The position numbers and the translations under genes were made by a program. 64,000 nt of DNA from Euryarchaeota archaeon UBA552 (GTDB lineage Archaea > Thermoplasmatota > Poseidoniia > Poseidoniales > Thalassarchaeaceae). Positions within the stretch are counted from its first letter, which is position 1. Every line of letters starts with the position of its first letter. Positions 1 to 10,400 of this stretch are shown piece by piece. Under the pieces are notes generated by a model. That model searched no databases. It saw nothing but the letters and a program-made list of their open reading frames with translations, and had not been told where the DNA came from. The DNA is taken from NCBI GenBank assembly GCA_002499585.1, contig DAMH01000011.1, forward strand, positions 15,195 to 79,194, read 5' to 3'.

Positions 1-99
1 TCAGAGAGTCACTACTCGCAATGGGGAGCCGTCGGGGCATGCCTCTGCGAGGAAATGGGGGCAGATTAATGGTTGCGCGGAGCCATGTGGCGCATTACG

Positions 100-879
100 A
101 TGGTTGAAATTGTAAATCCACACCCGAAAGGTATGCACGGTGCGGTTCTTGTGACTGGCGGCGCAAAGAGAATTGGCCGACACATATGCCTCGCCCTGGC
201 TGAATCCGGTTATCCTGTAGCGGTTCATTACCGCCACTCAAACAACGAAGCAGACCAACTCGCTCAGGAAATCATTCAGAAAGGGGGCATCGCGTGCAGC
301 ATCCAAGGCGACCTCAGCAAGTCTGGTGAGGCGGGCAGCATTCTCGAATCCGCTTCCCAATCAATCGGTTCACCCATTATGGGCCTAGTGAACAATGCCT
401 CACACTATGAGCTAGATAGACTGGAGGACATCAATGAAGGGTCGTGGAAAGCCCATATGGATGCAAACGTCCTAGCTCCCCTGTTACTGATCAAATCGCT
501 CAAAAAGTCCGGAGGCCAATGGGTTACAAACATCCTAGACTACAAGATATCCTCGCCGAACGCCGACTTCCTCTCCTACACGATTTCTAAATTCGCTTTG
601 ATGGGCGTTACTGAGGTCATGGCTCGCGAACTCGCACCAGATATCAGAGTCAATGCAGTGGCGCCTGGACACACAATGGACAGCGCTCACCTTGGAAAAT
701 CCGACCTCGACCGGGTCAAATCAAATGCCCCACTGGGCATTGGCCCCTCCCCAGATGACGTTGCCAGCGCGGTTTCCTATCTGGCATCAGCAAAAACCGT
801 TACAGGTCAGACAATATATGTTGACGCTGGTGAAAGGTTTAGAATGACATCACGGGACCCTGCATTTGAGGGGATGTGA
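100..879 (+). CDS. Short-chain dehydrogenase/reductase, pteridine reductase (PTR1/FolM)-like
   Basis: N-terminal VLVTGGAKRIGRHICLALAESGYPVAVHYRHSNNEADQL closely follows the PTR1/FolM Rossmann motif (TGxxxRIG, HY.(R/H)S). SDR catalytic region is present further downstream. The ORF as drawn runs 73..879; start was trimmed to the ATG at 100, with ATG at 133 as an alternative, so that the Rossmann motif sits near the N-terminus. Confidence 0.6.
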   Translation: MVEIVNPHPKGMHGAVLVTGGAKRIGRHICLALAESGYPVAVHYRHSNNEADQLAQEIIQKGGIACSIQGDLSKSGEAGSILESASQSIGSPIMGLVNNASHYELDRLEDINEGSWKAHMDANVLAPLLLIKSLKKSGGQWVTNILDYKISSPNADFLSYTISKFALMGVTEVMARELAPDIRVNAVAPGHTMDSAHLGKSDLDRVKSNAPLGIGPSPDDVASAVSYLASAKTVTGQTIYVDAGERFRMTSRDPAFEGM

Positions 880-1287
880 ATGACAGGAATATCTCCAATG
901 CTGCAGGCAGCTATGATGCTAGGGCTCAGAGAGTGGGGCACCATTAGATTGGAGGCCCTTGTTCGGCAGGTCGACATTGGCGTCCACGATCACGAAAAGG
1001 GAAAAACCCAACCATTAAGATTCGATATTGAGGTTTTGGTTGAATCCAATGATGCTGAGGATTCAATTGATGATGTGCTCGACTATGAATATCTTGAGCA
1101 CTCTGTGGACTCAGCCTTGGCGTTTTCCCGTGCCGAATTACAAGAAACCATCGCTCGGAGAATTCTGGATTCCGTCATGACCCCAAAGTCGGCTCTAGCT
1201 GCCAGAGTTTCCCTTACCAAATTAGATGTTATGGGCTTCGACAGCCAATTAGGATGCACCCTTGTAAGAATGCCCAAATCAGAGTAA
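880..1287 (+). CDS. Dihydroneopterin aldolase (FolB)-like protein
   Basis: 135-aa ORF abutting the stop of the upstream SDR (TGAATG junction). Size and the motifs LDYEYLEHSV...RAELQETIARRILDSVM fit the FolB/tunnelling-fold family. Pairing with a pteridine reductase-like gene supports a pterin-pathway role. Confidence 0.5.
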   Translation: MTGISPMLQAAMMLGLREWGTIRLEALVRQVDIGVHDHEKGKTQPLRFDIEVLVESNDAEDSIDDVLDYEYLEHSVDSALAFSRAELQETIARRILDSVMTPKSALAARVSLTKLDVMGFDSQLGCTLVRMPKSE

Positions 1288-1312
1288 ATTTTCAGCCGAT
1301 TCGGTCTTGAAC

Positions 1313-1397
1313 TGGTGCAGGGGGTGGGATTTGAACCCACGAAGGCCTTGCCACCGGAGCTTAAGTCCGGCCCCTTTGACCACTCGGGTACCCCTGC
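1313..1397 (-). tRNA. tRNA-Leu (anticodon UAA), CCA genomically encoded
   Basis: Manual fold of the reverse complement. Acceptor GCAGGGG/CCCCUGC, anticodon stem CCGGA/UCCGG with loop CUUAAGC (U33, anticodon UAA). Long variable arm typical of class II tRNA-Leu. T-arm GUGGG-UUCAAAU-CCCAC, discriminator A, then CCA. Confidence 0.85.
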
Positions 1398-1509
1398 ACA
1401 CTGAGCGAGGAGGGTATCGGACTTGAATCAACCCTTGAACCTCGTCAACACGCACAGTATAGGTCCGCGTTGTGAGAATCCTTTAACCTCAGACTAATCA
1501 CCAAGGCAC

Positions 1510-4386
1510 ATGGACGGTGTAACCAAGGTACATGGAGCCACAAGGCTTCAGGTCACTGCCATCGTAATGGTGTTCATATTCCAACTTGGTGCAGCCCCTG
1601 TTACATACCTATCGAATGAGGCGCCCGAGGTGATGGAGTCAACCCCCTCCAACCAGATTGAAACCTACTCTCTGTACCTCTCCACCGGGAACAACCTGTC
1701 AACCGTTCTTCCTGATGAGGGCGGGCAGTTGGAATCCTCAGCACTTGACACCACAGTTGAGTTCACAACGGGAGACTTGATGCAGTCGCTGGTCGTGGTG
1801 GGAAACAAAAGACAGAATTCGGATGGCTCCAGCCAATACTACGTACCCCTCAACATTTTCCTCAAAGCCGAGGGGCCCCAGAACTCAATCGTAACTTGGA
1901 CATTTAGCATAAAATCAGGAGGTTCCACTGTTGCCACAGGAGAACTCGAGAATGAAGCATGCTCGGGCTTTGGAGGGTGTGATTATGAACACGAGGCCAT
2001 TGATATCTACATCTCAGGTCAAACCAGCACAAATTCATTTTCAGTATCAGAGTCCGACGAATTGGTACTTGCAATCAGGGCTGAGATGAGCGGATGCGGT
2101 GACGGGGGCTTCTTCAACGACTGTGAAGCAAATGTGGCCTTCAATCAAATCAGTGGAGACAGTAGGTCCTCTCTTATCGACATAAGCACAAATGCTGTCT
2201 CGGACACTGTCTTCTTCGTCCAACGCCCAGGAGATGAATTCATCGATGGCGCAGTCACGGATTGGTACCCAAACGACGTGATTACGGACCGAGAGATGCA
2301 GTTTAGTTTTGACGTGAAGAGTGCATTTGGTAGGAAGGATATCGAATCGGTGGAGCTGCGACTCCGCAACACTGAGAGAAACCAAATCATACTACAACGG
2401 GATCTAAATCCCGAATCCCAAGATATCGAGTGGACTACTGAGGGCATGTTTGGGCGTGTCAAGTGGACCTATCAAAGTGGCTTGGAGTCAGGGGCTTACG
2501 AGGCCGAGCTTAGGGTTTCAGACGTCCAATCAAACACCTTTACCATCACACATGAGACCCTGACAATGAATGAATTCGGAGTATCCTTGAAACACTCTGA
2601 AGACAGGTCAGTGGAGTATATCGCTCCTGGGGCCATTACCCCAGTTCCGCTCCAATTGATACACAGAGGCGATGCTACGCTGTCGATGAATGTGGAGTTG
2701 CAACTTCTGACCACACTGGGCTCAGACTGGTTAGTGGAGTTCGACAGCCCCGGGGGCTATACCATGAATTCCGGAGGGACCATTCTAAGTCCCATCATGA
2801 CCATAACGGCGCCACTCGATCTCAGTTTCGTCCCTCCAAAGATAAGAATCCGAGCGATTGGGGATGCGGAGGTGGGCGGATCTTTCGAGAGTGTTTCAGA
2901 CACACTCGTGCTGGACATCGAGAAGTTGCAGGTATATCAGCCGCCCTCCGTGGCCCTCTGGGACTACGAAAAAGAGACCCTCATTGCAAATTCTTCGATC
3001 CCGCAAATAGACTCCGGAGTACCGAGGTACGTTGAGAACGGGGAATTTAACCCATTTTTAATGGAGGTTTTCAACTCAGGATTCACCTCGGATTCTTTCC
3101 GGATCGATGTGTTGGAAAGGTCAAAAGCCATCATTCAGCTCTTCGATAATGACACAGGCCAAAGAATACTCGAAGATGACGACGACGGGACATTCCACAC
3201 GAAAGCCCTGGATCGTCACAACACACAATCAATAAGACTCTCAATCAAACCGTCAGGGGACAGATCAGATCCTGATATCGGCCTTATCCGACTGGAGGTG
3301 GCTAGCCTGAACAACAGCTCATTGAAAACAATCGTGGAGTTTACGATCCAAAGGACCTTTGGAATCAGGGCTGAAGTCTCTCAAGATTGTGATGGAGTTC
3401 CCTTGGGCTTCATTGAAACCGGCGACTGTACCTCCAATTCGATGAGGATTAGAATAACCAACAGCCTCTCAGGGGAATCGGGCCAGGCAACATCATGGCT
3501 CATAATTAATCCAGCATCGTTATCTGAGAACACGGATCGAAATCAGGCCTACGGTATCTGGACATACAACATAATTGACAGCGCTGGAGCCAATGCCCCC
3601 AAAGTTACACTGGGGCCGGATGATTTCATTGAGATCTTCATGACCATAGAGATGACCTCACAGGTGGTGCAAGGCAATCACACTGTGTACCTCAGAGTCA
3701 AGGAGGACGTCACGTCCGGAGAAGACGAAGCACGCTACTTCGATCTGGCAATAACACTCAACGTAAAGGCCGACGACCCACAGCTTGAACTCGTGCAAGT
3801 TACGTCCAACAGAGGCATCGCCCCAGGTGACGAATACGCTTACCAGATAAAAGTCAAGAACAAGGGGAATAGCCCACAAACTGTTCTTCTTTCTGCGAAC
3901 GTGGATGAGCAGGGGTGGAGTGTGGAAGTTGAGGGGCCATCCGGCTCCCCTCTTGTAGAAATTGCCCCCTTTGAGGAGTTAACCTTCAGAATCAGGGTCA
4001 CCTCGCCATCTGACGCCAACAATGGCGACAGAGTACCCGTTAGGGTTGAGGCAAGTCCGTTCGCAACCGACAAGGCATGGCCCGAGGAGTACACTGCTAA
4101 GTTGACTCTGACGATGGTCGTTGACATTTCGTCGGTAATAGACCTCCTGATGAACGAGGTCATGCATCCCCGTGGGTCGACCATCGTAGTTCTTGGGATA
4201 GCCCTGCTCCTACTCTTCGCTGGATTCCAGTCCAGAAACAGCAGGAGAAGAGTAGCAGCCCAAATGGCTCTTTTGGATGCATTGTCTAACGAGATGAATG
4301 TCCAGCCCGTGGTCGAGGAAGAAATCGGTGAAATACATGATGAAAGCCCTGATTATGATATCGATGACGACATCGAGTTAGTTTGA
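1510..4386 (+). CDS. Large membrane-anchored surface protein (958 aa) with CARDB-like domain, C-terminal TM helix and acidic tail
   Basis: Hydrophobic N-terminal segment LQVTAIVMVFIFQLGAAPV. CARDB/DUF11-like stretch YQIKVKNKGNSPQTVLLSANVDEQGWSVEVEG. C-terminal TM IVVLGIALLLLFAGF followed by basic residues (SRNSRRR) and the acidic tail EEEIGEIHDESPDYDIDDDIELV. Lies 58 bp upstream of the 2977-aa gene on the same strand, so probably co-transcribed. Confidence 0.6.
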   Translation: MDGVTKVHGATRLQVTAIVMVFIFQLGAAPVTYLSNEAPEVMESTPSNQIETYSLYLSTGNNLSTVLPDEGGQLESSALDTTVEFTTGDLMQSLVVVGNKRQNSDGSSQYYVPLNIFLKAEGPQNSIVTWTFSIKSGGSTVATGELENEACSGFGGCDYEHEAIDIYISGQTSTNSFSVSESDELVLAIRAEMSGCGDGGFFNDCEANVAFNQISGDSRSSLIDISTNAVSDTVFFVQRPGDEFIDGAVTDWYPNDVITDREMQFSFDVKSAFGRKDIESVELRLRNTERNQIILQRDLNPESQDIEWTTEGMFGRVKWTYQSGLESGAYEAELRVSDVQSNTFTITHETLTMNEFGVSLKHSEDRSVEYIAPGAITPVPLQLIHRGDATLSMNVELQLLTTLGSDWLVEFDSPGGYTMNSGGTILSPIMTITAPLDLSFVPPKIRIRAIGDAEVGGSFESVSDTLVLDIEKLQVYQPPSVALWDYEKETLIANSSIPQIDSGVPRYVENGEFNPFLMEVFNSGFTSDSFRIDVLERSKAIIQLFDNDTGQRILEDDDDGTFHTKALDRHNTQSIRLSIKPSGDRSDPDIGLIRLEVASLNNSSLKTIVEFTIQRTFGIRAEVSQDCDGVPLGFIETGDCTSNSMRIRITNSLSGESGQATSWLIINPASLSENTDRNQAYGIWTYNIIDSAGANAPKVTLGPDDFIEIFMTIEMTSQVVQGNHTVYLRVKEDVTSGEDEARYFDLAITLNVKADDPQLELVQVTSNRGIAPGDEYAYQIKVKNKGNSPQTVLLSANVDEQGWSVEVEGPSGSPLVEIAPFEELTFRIRVTSPSDANNGDRVPVRVEASPFATDKAWPEEYTAKLTLTMVVDISSVIDLLMNEVMHPRGSTIVVLGIALLLLFAGFQSRNSRRRVAAQMALLDALSNEMNVQPVVEEEIGEIHDESPDYDIDDDIELV

Positions 4387-4444
4387 CCAGGGTCCGAACA
4401 ATGCTCCATTCCTCTTAAGTGCCCAACTAATTGGGGAACTAACA

Positions 4445-7400
4445 ATGCAATCAGTCCAGGGCATCGCCGATAAGCGATCCGCAGTTCTACTGGTCGCATT
4501 GATGTTGATGTCATCGCTGGCCATTCTCCATATCGGAACGATGAGGGCCGCAGCATCTCTGGATGCCGATGGCGACGGGCTGGCCTATGGATTGGAGTTT
4601 TACATCAACACCCAGCCACAAGACTGGGACAGCGATGATGATGGCCTACCTGATGGTTGGGAGTGGAAATACGGGCTGGACCCGCTTTCTCCTAACGACC
4701 TGAATGGCTCAACCGGGGATCCAGATGGAGATCTCCTTACTAACCTCAACGAGTATCTATGGGGGATCCCTGCTGGTTGGGACGACGTATCGACCCCAAC
4801 CGTGCTCGACAACGGCGTCTGGTGGAACGGAACCGTTCCTGTCAGCGATTGGGACGAAGAATCCGCAATGCAGATAATACAGGGAAATGGTACCGATGGT
4901 GCCGATGAAGATCCTGCTGGGAATATATGTACGAACGGCTTTGATGACGACTACGATGGTTTAGTTGACTCCGCAGATCCTGATTTCGACGGCGACGCTG
5001 ATTGCGCATCCAATGATGACGATGGTGATGGTTTAATCGATGAGGATGTGGATGGCTGGGACACAGACGGCGACGGTATGGACGACGGCTGGGAAATCGC
5101 ATTTGGTCTGGACCCCACTGACGGTACTGGGCAAGACGGAGCCTACGGGGACCCCGATAATGACGGGTTGCTCAATCTATGGGAATACGTGAACCCCGCG
5201 TGGACCACAAGGGACGGCTCTACATTCCCGCCAACTCAGTATTTCCAGCCCGGGCCCGACATCGGTACGCAAACAGAAACCCCTTGCGACCCCGTTTTGT
5301 CCCTGGGGCCAGGGGGATGCGCCTTCCTTACCGCTGAAGTCGACTCGATAACCTTCACCGATCCATTTTCCAATGACACCGATGGCGACGGTCTCAATGA
5401 CTCGCGAGAAGCGCTGGTCCTCCTAACAGACCCTACATCAGTCGACACAGATAGGGATGGGATACCAGATGGTATCGAAGTTAACGGCAGCTACGGGAGC
5501 CCACCGCTTGCTTCCGACCCTAGGAACAACAATACAGATGGGGACCCGTTTGACGATGGTGTCGAAGACCTAAATTTCGATGGGGATGTGGACCCCGGTG
5601 AGACGGACCCAACAAGGATTGAGGATGATGGCGACGAGGATGAGGACGGGATTCCAAATTACATTGAAAACATAACATGCACCAAGTGGGATGTCCCCGA
5701 CACAGACTTCGGAGGGATAGACGACGGAACGGAAGGAGACATCCATGGTACAGATCCATGCAAGAGTGACACCATAGTAAACAGAACAATCACAGACTTC
5801 GACCTAGCCTTGCTCCAGATTACTCTGAATTCAACGGACGGAATTCCATCAGGTCCGAATTGGAGGAACCCAGAACAAATGTTGGGCATATATGTGACCT
5901 CCGATGGCTCAAGAACCCCTTTCCGTTGGCTCAGGATCGACAATCTATCAATCGATCAGATAGAACCCCCGCCCCCAAACAACACTGTCTGGGTGAATGT
6001 CCTCAACGGCTCTTGGTGTTGGAACAATACCGCGGGGGCGATCAACGACCCATGGTGTGATGACGACTATGCCGACACAGACGGTGATGGACTGGCAGAT
6101 TGGGAGGAGACACTTTCGACATACGGCTACTTCTCAAACCCGCTTGCAATCGATACAGATTCAGACGGCGTCGACGACTGGACTGAGGTATGGCTGGACG
6201 GAACAGACCCCGGTGAGCCCTGTTCGAACAGGCTAGACACTGATTCTGATGGACTCAACGACTATTTCGAAAATACAACAGGTTGCGATTTAACTTTCGC
6301 AAGTAACCTTTTGACCAACGGATCCACAGACGGTTGGGTCACACTGTGGAATGTCTCAGACACCGACCAGGGAGGGGTAGGTGACCTTGGTGAATATCTT
6401 GATGGGACCAACCCCCAAAACAACCCCTCAGATGACATGAATCCGTTGGACACAGATGGGGATGGCGTCCCTGACTTGAACGAGGAACAAGATGGCACGG
6501 ATCCGCTGGATCCAGATTCAGATGGCGACGGCATTCCTGATGGAGAAGAGGCTGCCCTCGGCCTCGACCCGTTGAACTACTCTTCGGCCTTTGATCCGGA
6601 TCAGATCATTGTCACGGGATTCAACGAGGGTGGGACCGCCAACATATCTGCGCCCCAATACTACAGGTGGTACACCTTCGACGAGTATCTGAACGGTTCA
6701 TGGGGGCTGAATCAATCTTCGTATGGATTGACGCAGATCCTCCTGGAGGAGGAAATATCATTGGGAACAGCCGATGTTTCTGTTTGGGGTGGCAACACCC
6801 ACTCATGGCAGATTAATTACTACGTCCCAGGTTTCGCTCAACCAGGAAAACATCTCGTTCTTCCACACAACACACTCAGCTTCAGCAGCCTCGTTCAACC
6901 AGATGCCTCTCTAAATTTGACGAACAGCACTCGGGATGTGATAGTCGATAACAACATGATCGAATCGCTGTTGATAGAGGCTCCAGATTACAATGTCTCT
7001 GCGGTCCAAAAACAGGAGTCATTACCAAAATCTTCGTCTGCGTACGGGCTCTACTACCCCCTGACAAATGAAACGAACAGAACCGCATCAATTTCCAGCG
7101 AGGTTATCTCTCAGGCCGGCGCCTTTTCCGCCTGGGAGAAAATTGAGGCGATCTCAAACTTCCTCACAAACGGCAATGCCACTGTGCAATTTCAATGGTC
7201 AGCATCAGGATCTGGATTCAAACAGCAAACAGGATCAGAAAATGGGCCAACTGACATCTCGACGTGGATCCTAGACTCTGCAAGGATAGGATCATGCGAC
7301 GAGTACGCTAGCACATTCGCTCTAATGCTCCGCACCGTAGGCATTCCAGCAAGGAAGGTCACCGGGTTTGCGGGAGGGGTCCAAGATCTAGATAGCAATT

Positions 7401-10400
7401 CCGTCTCCTTCTATGGTCGACACTTGACCTCCTGGGTCGAGGCTAACCTACAAACCAACGAAAACCTGGGGGGGATTGACCTGGGATGGCAGCCTTTCCA
7501 GGCATGCCCGCCGCCGCCTCCATTATCGCTAATCGAAGTGGTCAGAACAACTGGAGAACATGACCGCGATGGGTCCGACCAACTCTTCTTTGAGGCCAGA
7601 CTGGTTTACACTGAAAACGGAACACCTGTAAGCGACTCTCCGGTAAACGGCCATCTGATACCACAGTCCATTGCGACTGAAAACTCCTTTTACACGGCGC
7701 TTTCGAGTTTCGGCACGACTCAGACGAACGAAACCGGGTGGTTCAGAATCAACTCCAATGTGACCACGATGAGTTACCCTCGCCCGGGACTTGCAGTGTT
7801 CGTCATCGAAGTTCTGGGCGTAAACTCTGCTCCATACTCCTTGTTCACAAGTACAGGCGGAATCGCACAAAGCCCCAGTTTCATGTGGGGTCTGAACTTG
7901 TCGGATGACCCTTCGATTTCCTTCTTGAGCCCCCTGCCGACTTCCTTGCCTCCTGTGGGAGCAGGCGTCACAACCGATCTTGAGGGGCGGTTCATGTGGG
8001 AGAACCTCGACCTATCGGACCCCAGTGACCTGGATGACGAAATTACAGGCGCCTCGGCCTTCACTTTGTCCCTCGAATACACCACTGTGTCTCAAGGGAC
8101 GGTCAATCTGACAGCAAATGTGACCGATCTAGGCTTCTTTCAGTTTCCAGTCACTGTTGATGAGAATGAACCGCTTGGCCCTCTAAACGCTAGGGTTTGG
8201 TTCTCAGGGTGGCGCGAGGACGGGCAAGACCTATCCTCAACACCTCCCCATTTAAGGCCAAAAGGCATGAATTTCCAAATGAATGTCACACTTGCACCCG
8301 ATCTGGCGATCACAATGGAGGGCGGCTATCAGAACGCCAGCCTGCTGGGTATCAATGAGAACGTATCAATCAACGGTTCCGCCCTCAGCAGAGGTGGCAC
8401 CCCCGAACCAATGAACGGCACCCTGTTCATGGACATCCGTTCGGCTGCCTCGACAGGTGACTTCACGTCAATCACCTCTTGGTATCTAAACGACTCTGCA
8501 TGGGCCTCACAGGCCGGATTTTTCCAAATCACATGGAATTTCTCCGAAAACAGGGTGCCCATTCCATCGGGCTTGGTCGATGTCAGGTTTAGATACCTCG
8601 CTGATGGTTTGTCTGCCTCCGATTTCGAGATATTCGACAACGAATATGGGATATACGGGTACCTGAACTTCGACTACGCTCTCGAACCTTCCCTGAGAGG
8701 TGTTGAGACCACACTGCAGGTATCGGTAACTGACCATACAAATACCCCTCTTCAGCCATACTCGGGTGCCTTTACGTTGGACTATGATGGTGCACAGTTA
8801 TGGTCGCAGAACGGGTCGCAGACTTCAACGCTTGATGTGACATGGACTCCCGGATCAGGCGTTAGCGTCCCACCGGGCGACTACACTTGGGTGCTGAACT
8901 ACTCCGGATCGCAATATCTCAAACCCAGCTCGGTAGTTGATCTGCACCGTCTGCAGGCAGAGGCACAGGCCACATGGTCTCTGGATCGTGATTGGTTTCA
9001 TCGAAACACCACCGGCTGGGTCAATGGAACACTGGTAGACTCGATACTAGGCACCCCTGTTTTGGGTAACAACACCTCTGTGAGGGTCGACATCTCTGTG
9101 CCAGACACATCCGATTCAGCGGACCAGAGCCAGGGAACAGTGCAGGTACCTTTCACACAAGGTTGGTTGGACACCGCCAGTGGGAACTTCTCAATCCAGT
9201 TCACAACCCCTCTGAACCTCCGGTCTTCTGTCTATGAGTTACAGATAAACTTCGATTTCCTTCAAGGCCTTGAGGATGAGGGCGGCGCATACTATGTCAT
9301 GCCATTCGACGGGTCGCTCTTTTCCTCAATAGGTATAGAGACTGAGTTTGTAATCACCCCTGTGAGCGCCCAGGTAGAGGTAATTGCAGGTGAGGATTTC
9401 GAAGTTGCCGGCCTTGTGACTGATGTCTCGGATAATAGTCCAATTGCCGACGTCGAGGTTTCACTTTGGCTCGATCTCTCTGGTTTGAACGAGACAATCC
9501 TCGGTTTCGGAAATTCCTCATCGGACGGGACAGTGACCTTCAACACAACAATGCCGTCTACAATACCGCCGGGCAACATACAACTTACCATGATCATACA
9601 GGATGACCTGTCAGACAGCCTTGATCAGGAAGACCCCTCAAGAAGAACTGGAAATGATTCCCAGATGGATGCTATCGTGATAGTCCCGAGTGGGATTGCG
9701 ATCGATTCATCCCCCCCTTCTGTCGTGGCCGGTCAGAGCTTCACGGTCACTGGAAGGGTATTGGACGCTGTGGACAACAACAGAACTGTCGATGGCCCGA
9801 TGGCCCTTCAGGTCCGCTTCCTCAACGACGAAAGTGAAATTCTGGTCCAGAGTGTTTTATCCGCAGACAATGGCTCATTTTCTCTGGTCGTGCCAACAGA
9901 TCCACAAATGGATGGCGTGTCCAGCGGAAACAAGACATTGGTCATATCAATCATAAACGGCTCCACGCCATTCTACCTGACATCATCAGCCACGACGGAC
10001 ATCCTCGTAGTCGGAGTCACAGACTTCGTACAAACCCAACCCTCTACCTCAACCACTGTCGATCGGGGGGAATCCGTTTCATTCTCAGCTGTTTTGGTCG
10101 AGTCCTCAAATAGCGACGCGCCCATAGTCGGTGCAGAAGTCGCTGTCCGATTCCACCATACCTGGATCACACCCGAGATTACTTCGAACAACGGCTCAGT
10201 CATATTCCAATTTGGGGTGCCAAATGACCACCCTCTGGGACTCATCGAGATAAAATTCCAATTCAACGGCTCCACCGTCCTGTTAGCGTCAAACTCCTCG
10301 ATATTCAGGCTAACAGTCAGGTCTGACACACAATTGGTCATAGACCCCATCTCAGCCAATCCGACAGCAGGTGGATCCTTCGAGATATCAGGCACCTTGT

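Noticed and set aside
1-237. 78-aa minus-strand partial ORF at the window start
   Set aside because: It overlaps the SDR gene (starts at 100 or 133) on the opposite strand. It has no recognisable motif, and its composition is typical of an antisense shadow ORF.
4560-6600. Possibility that the periodic DNA repeats are a CRISPR array or satellite
   Set aside because: The repeats are in-frame coding repeats (DxDxDG calcium-binding motifs) with variable length and sequence. There are no identical direct repeats with unique spacers, and no cas genes.
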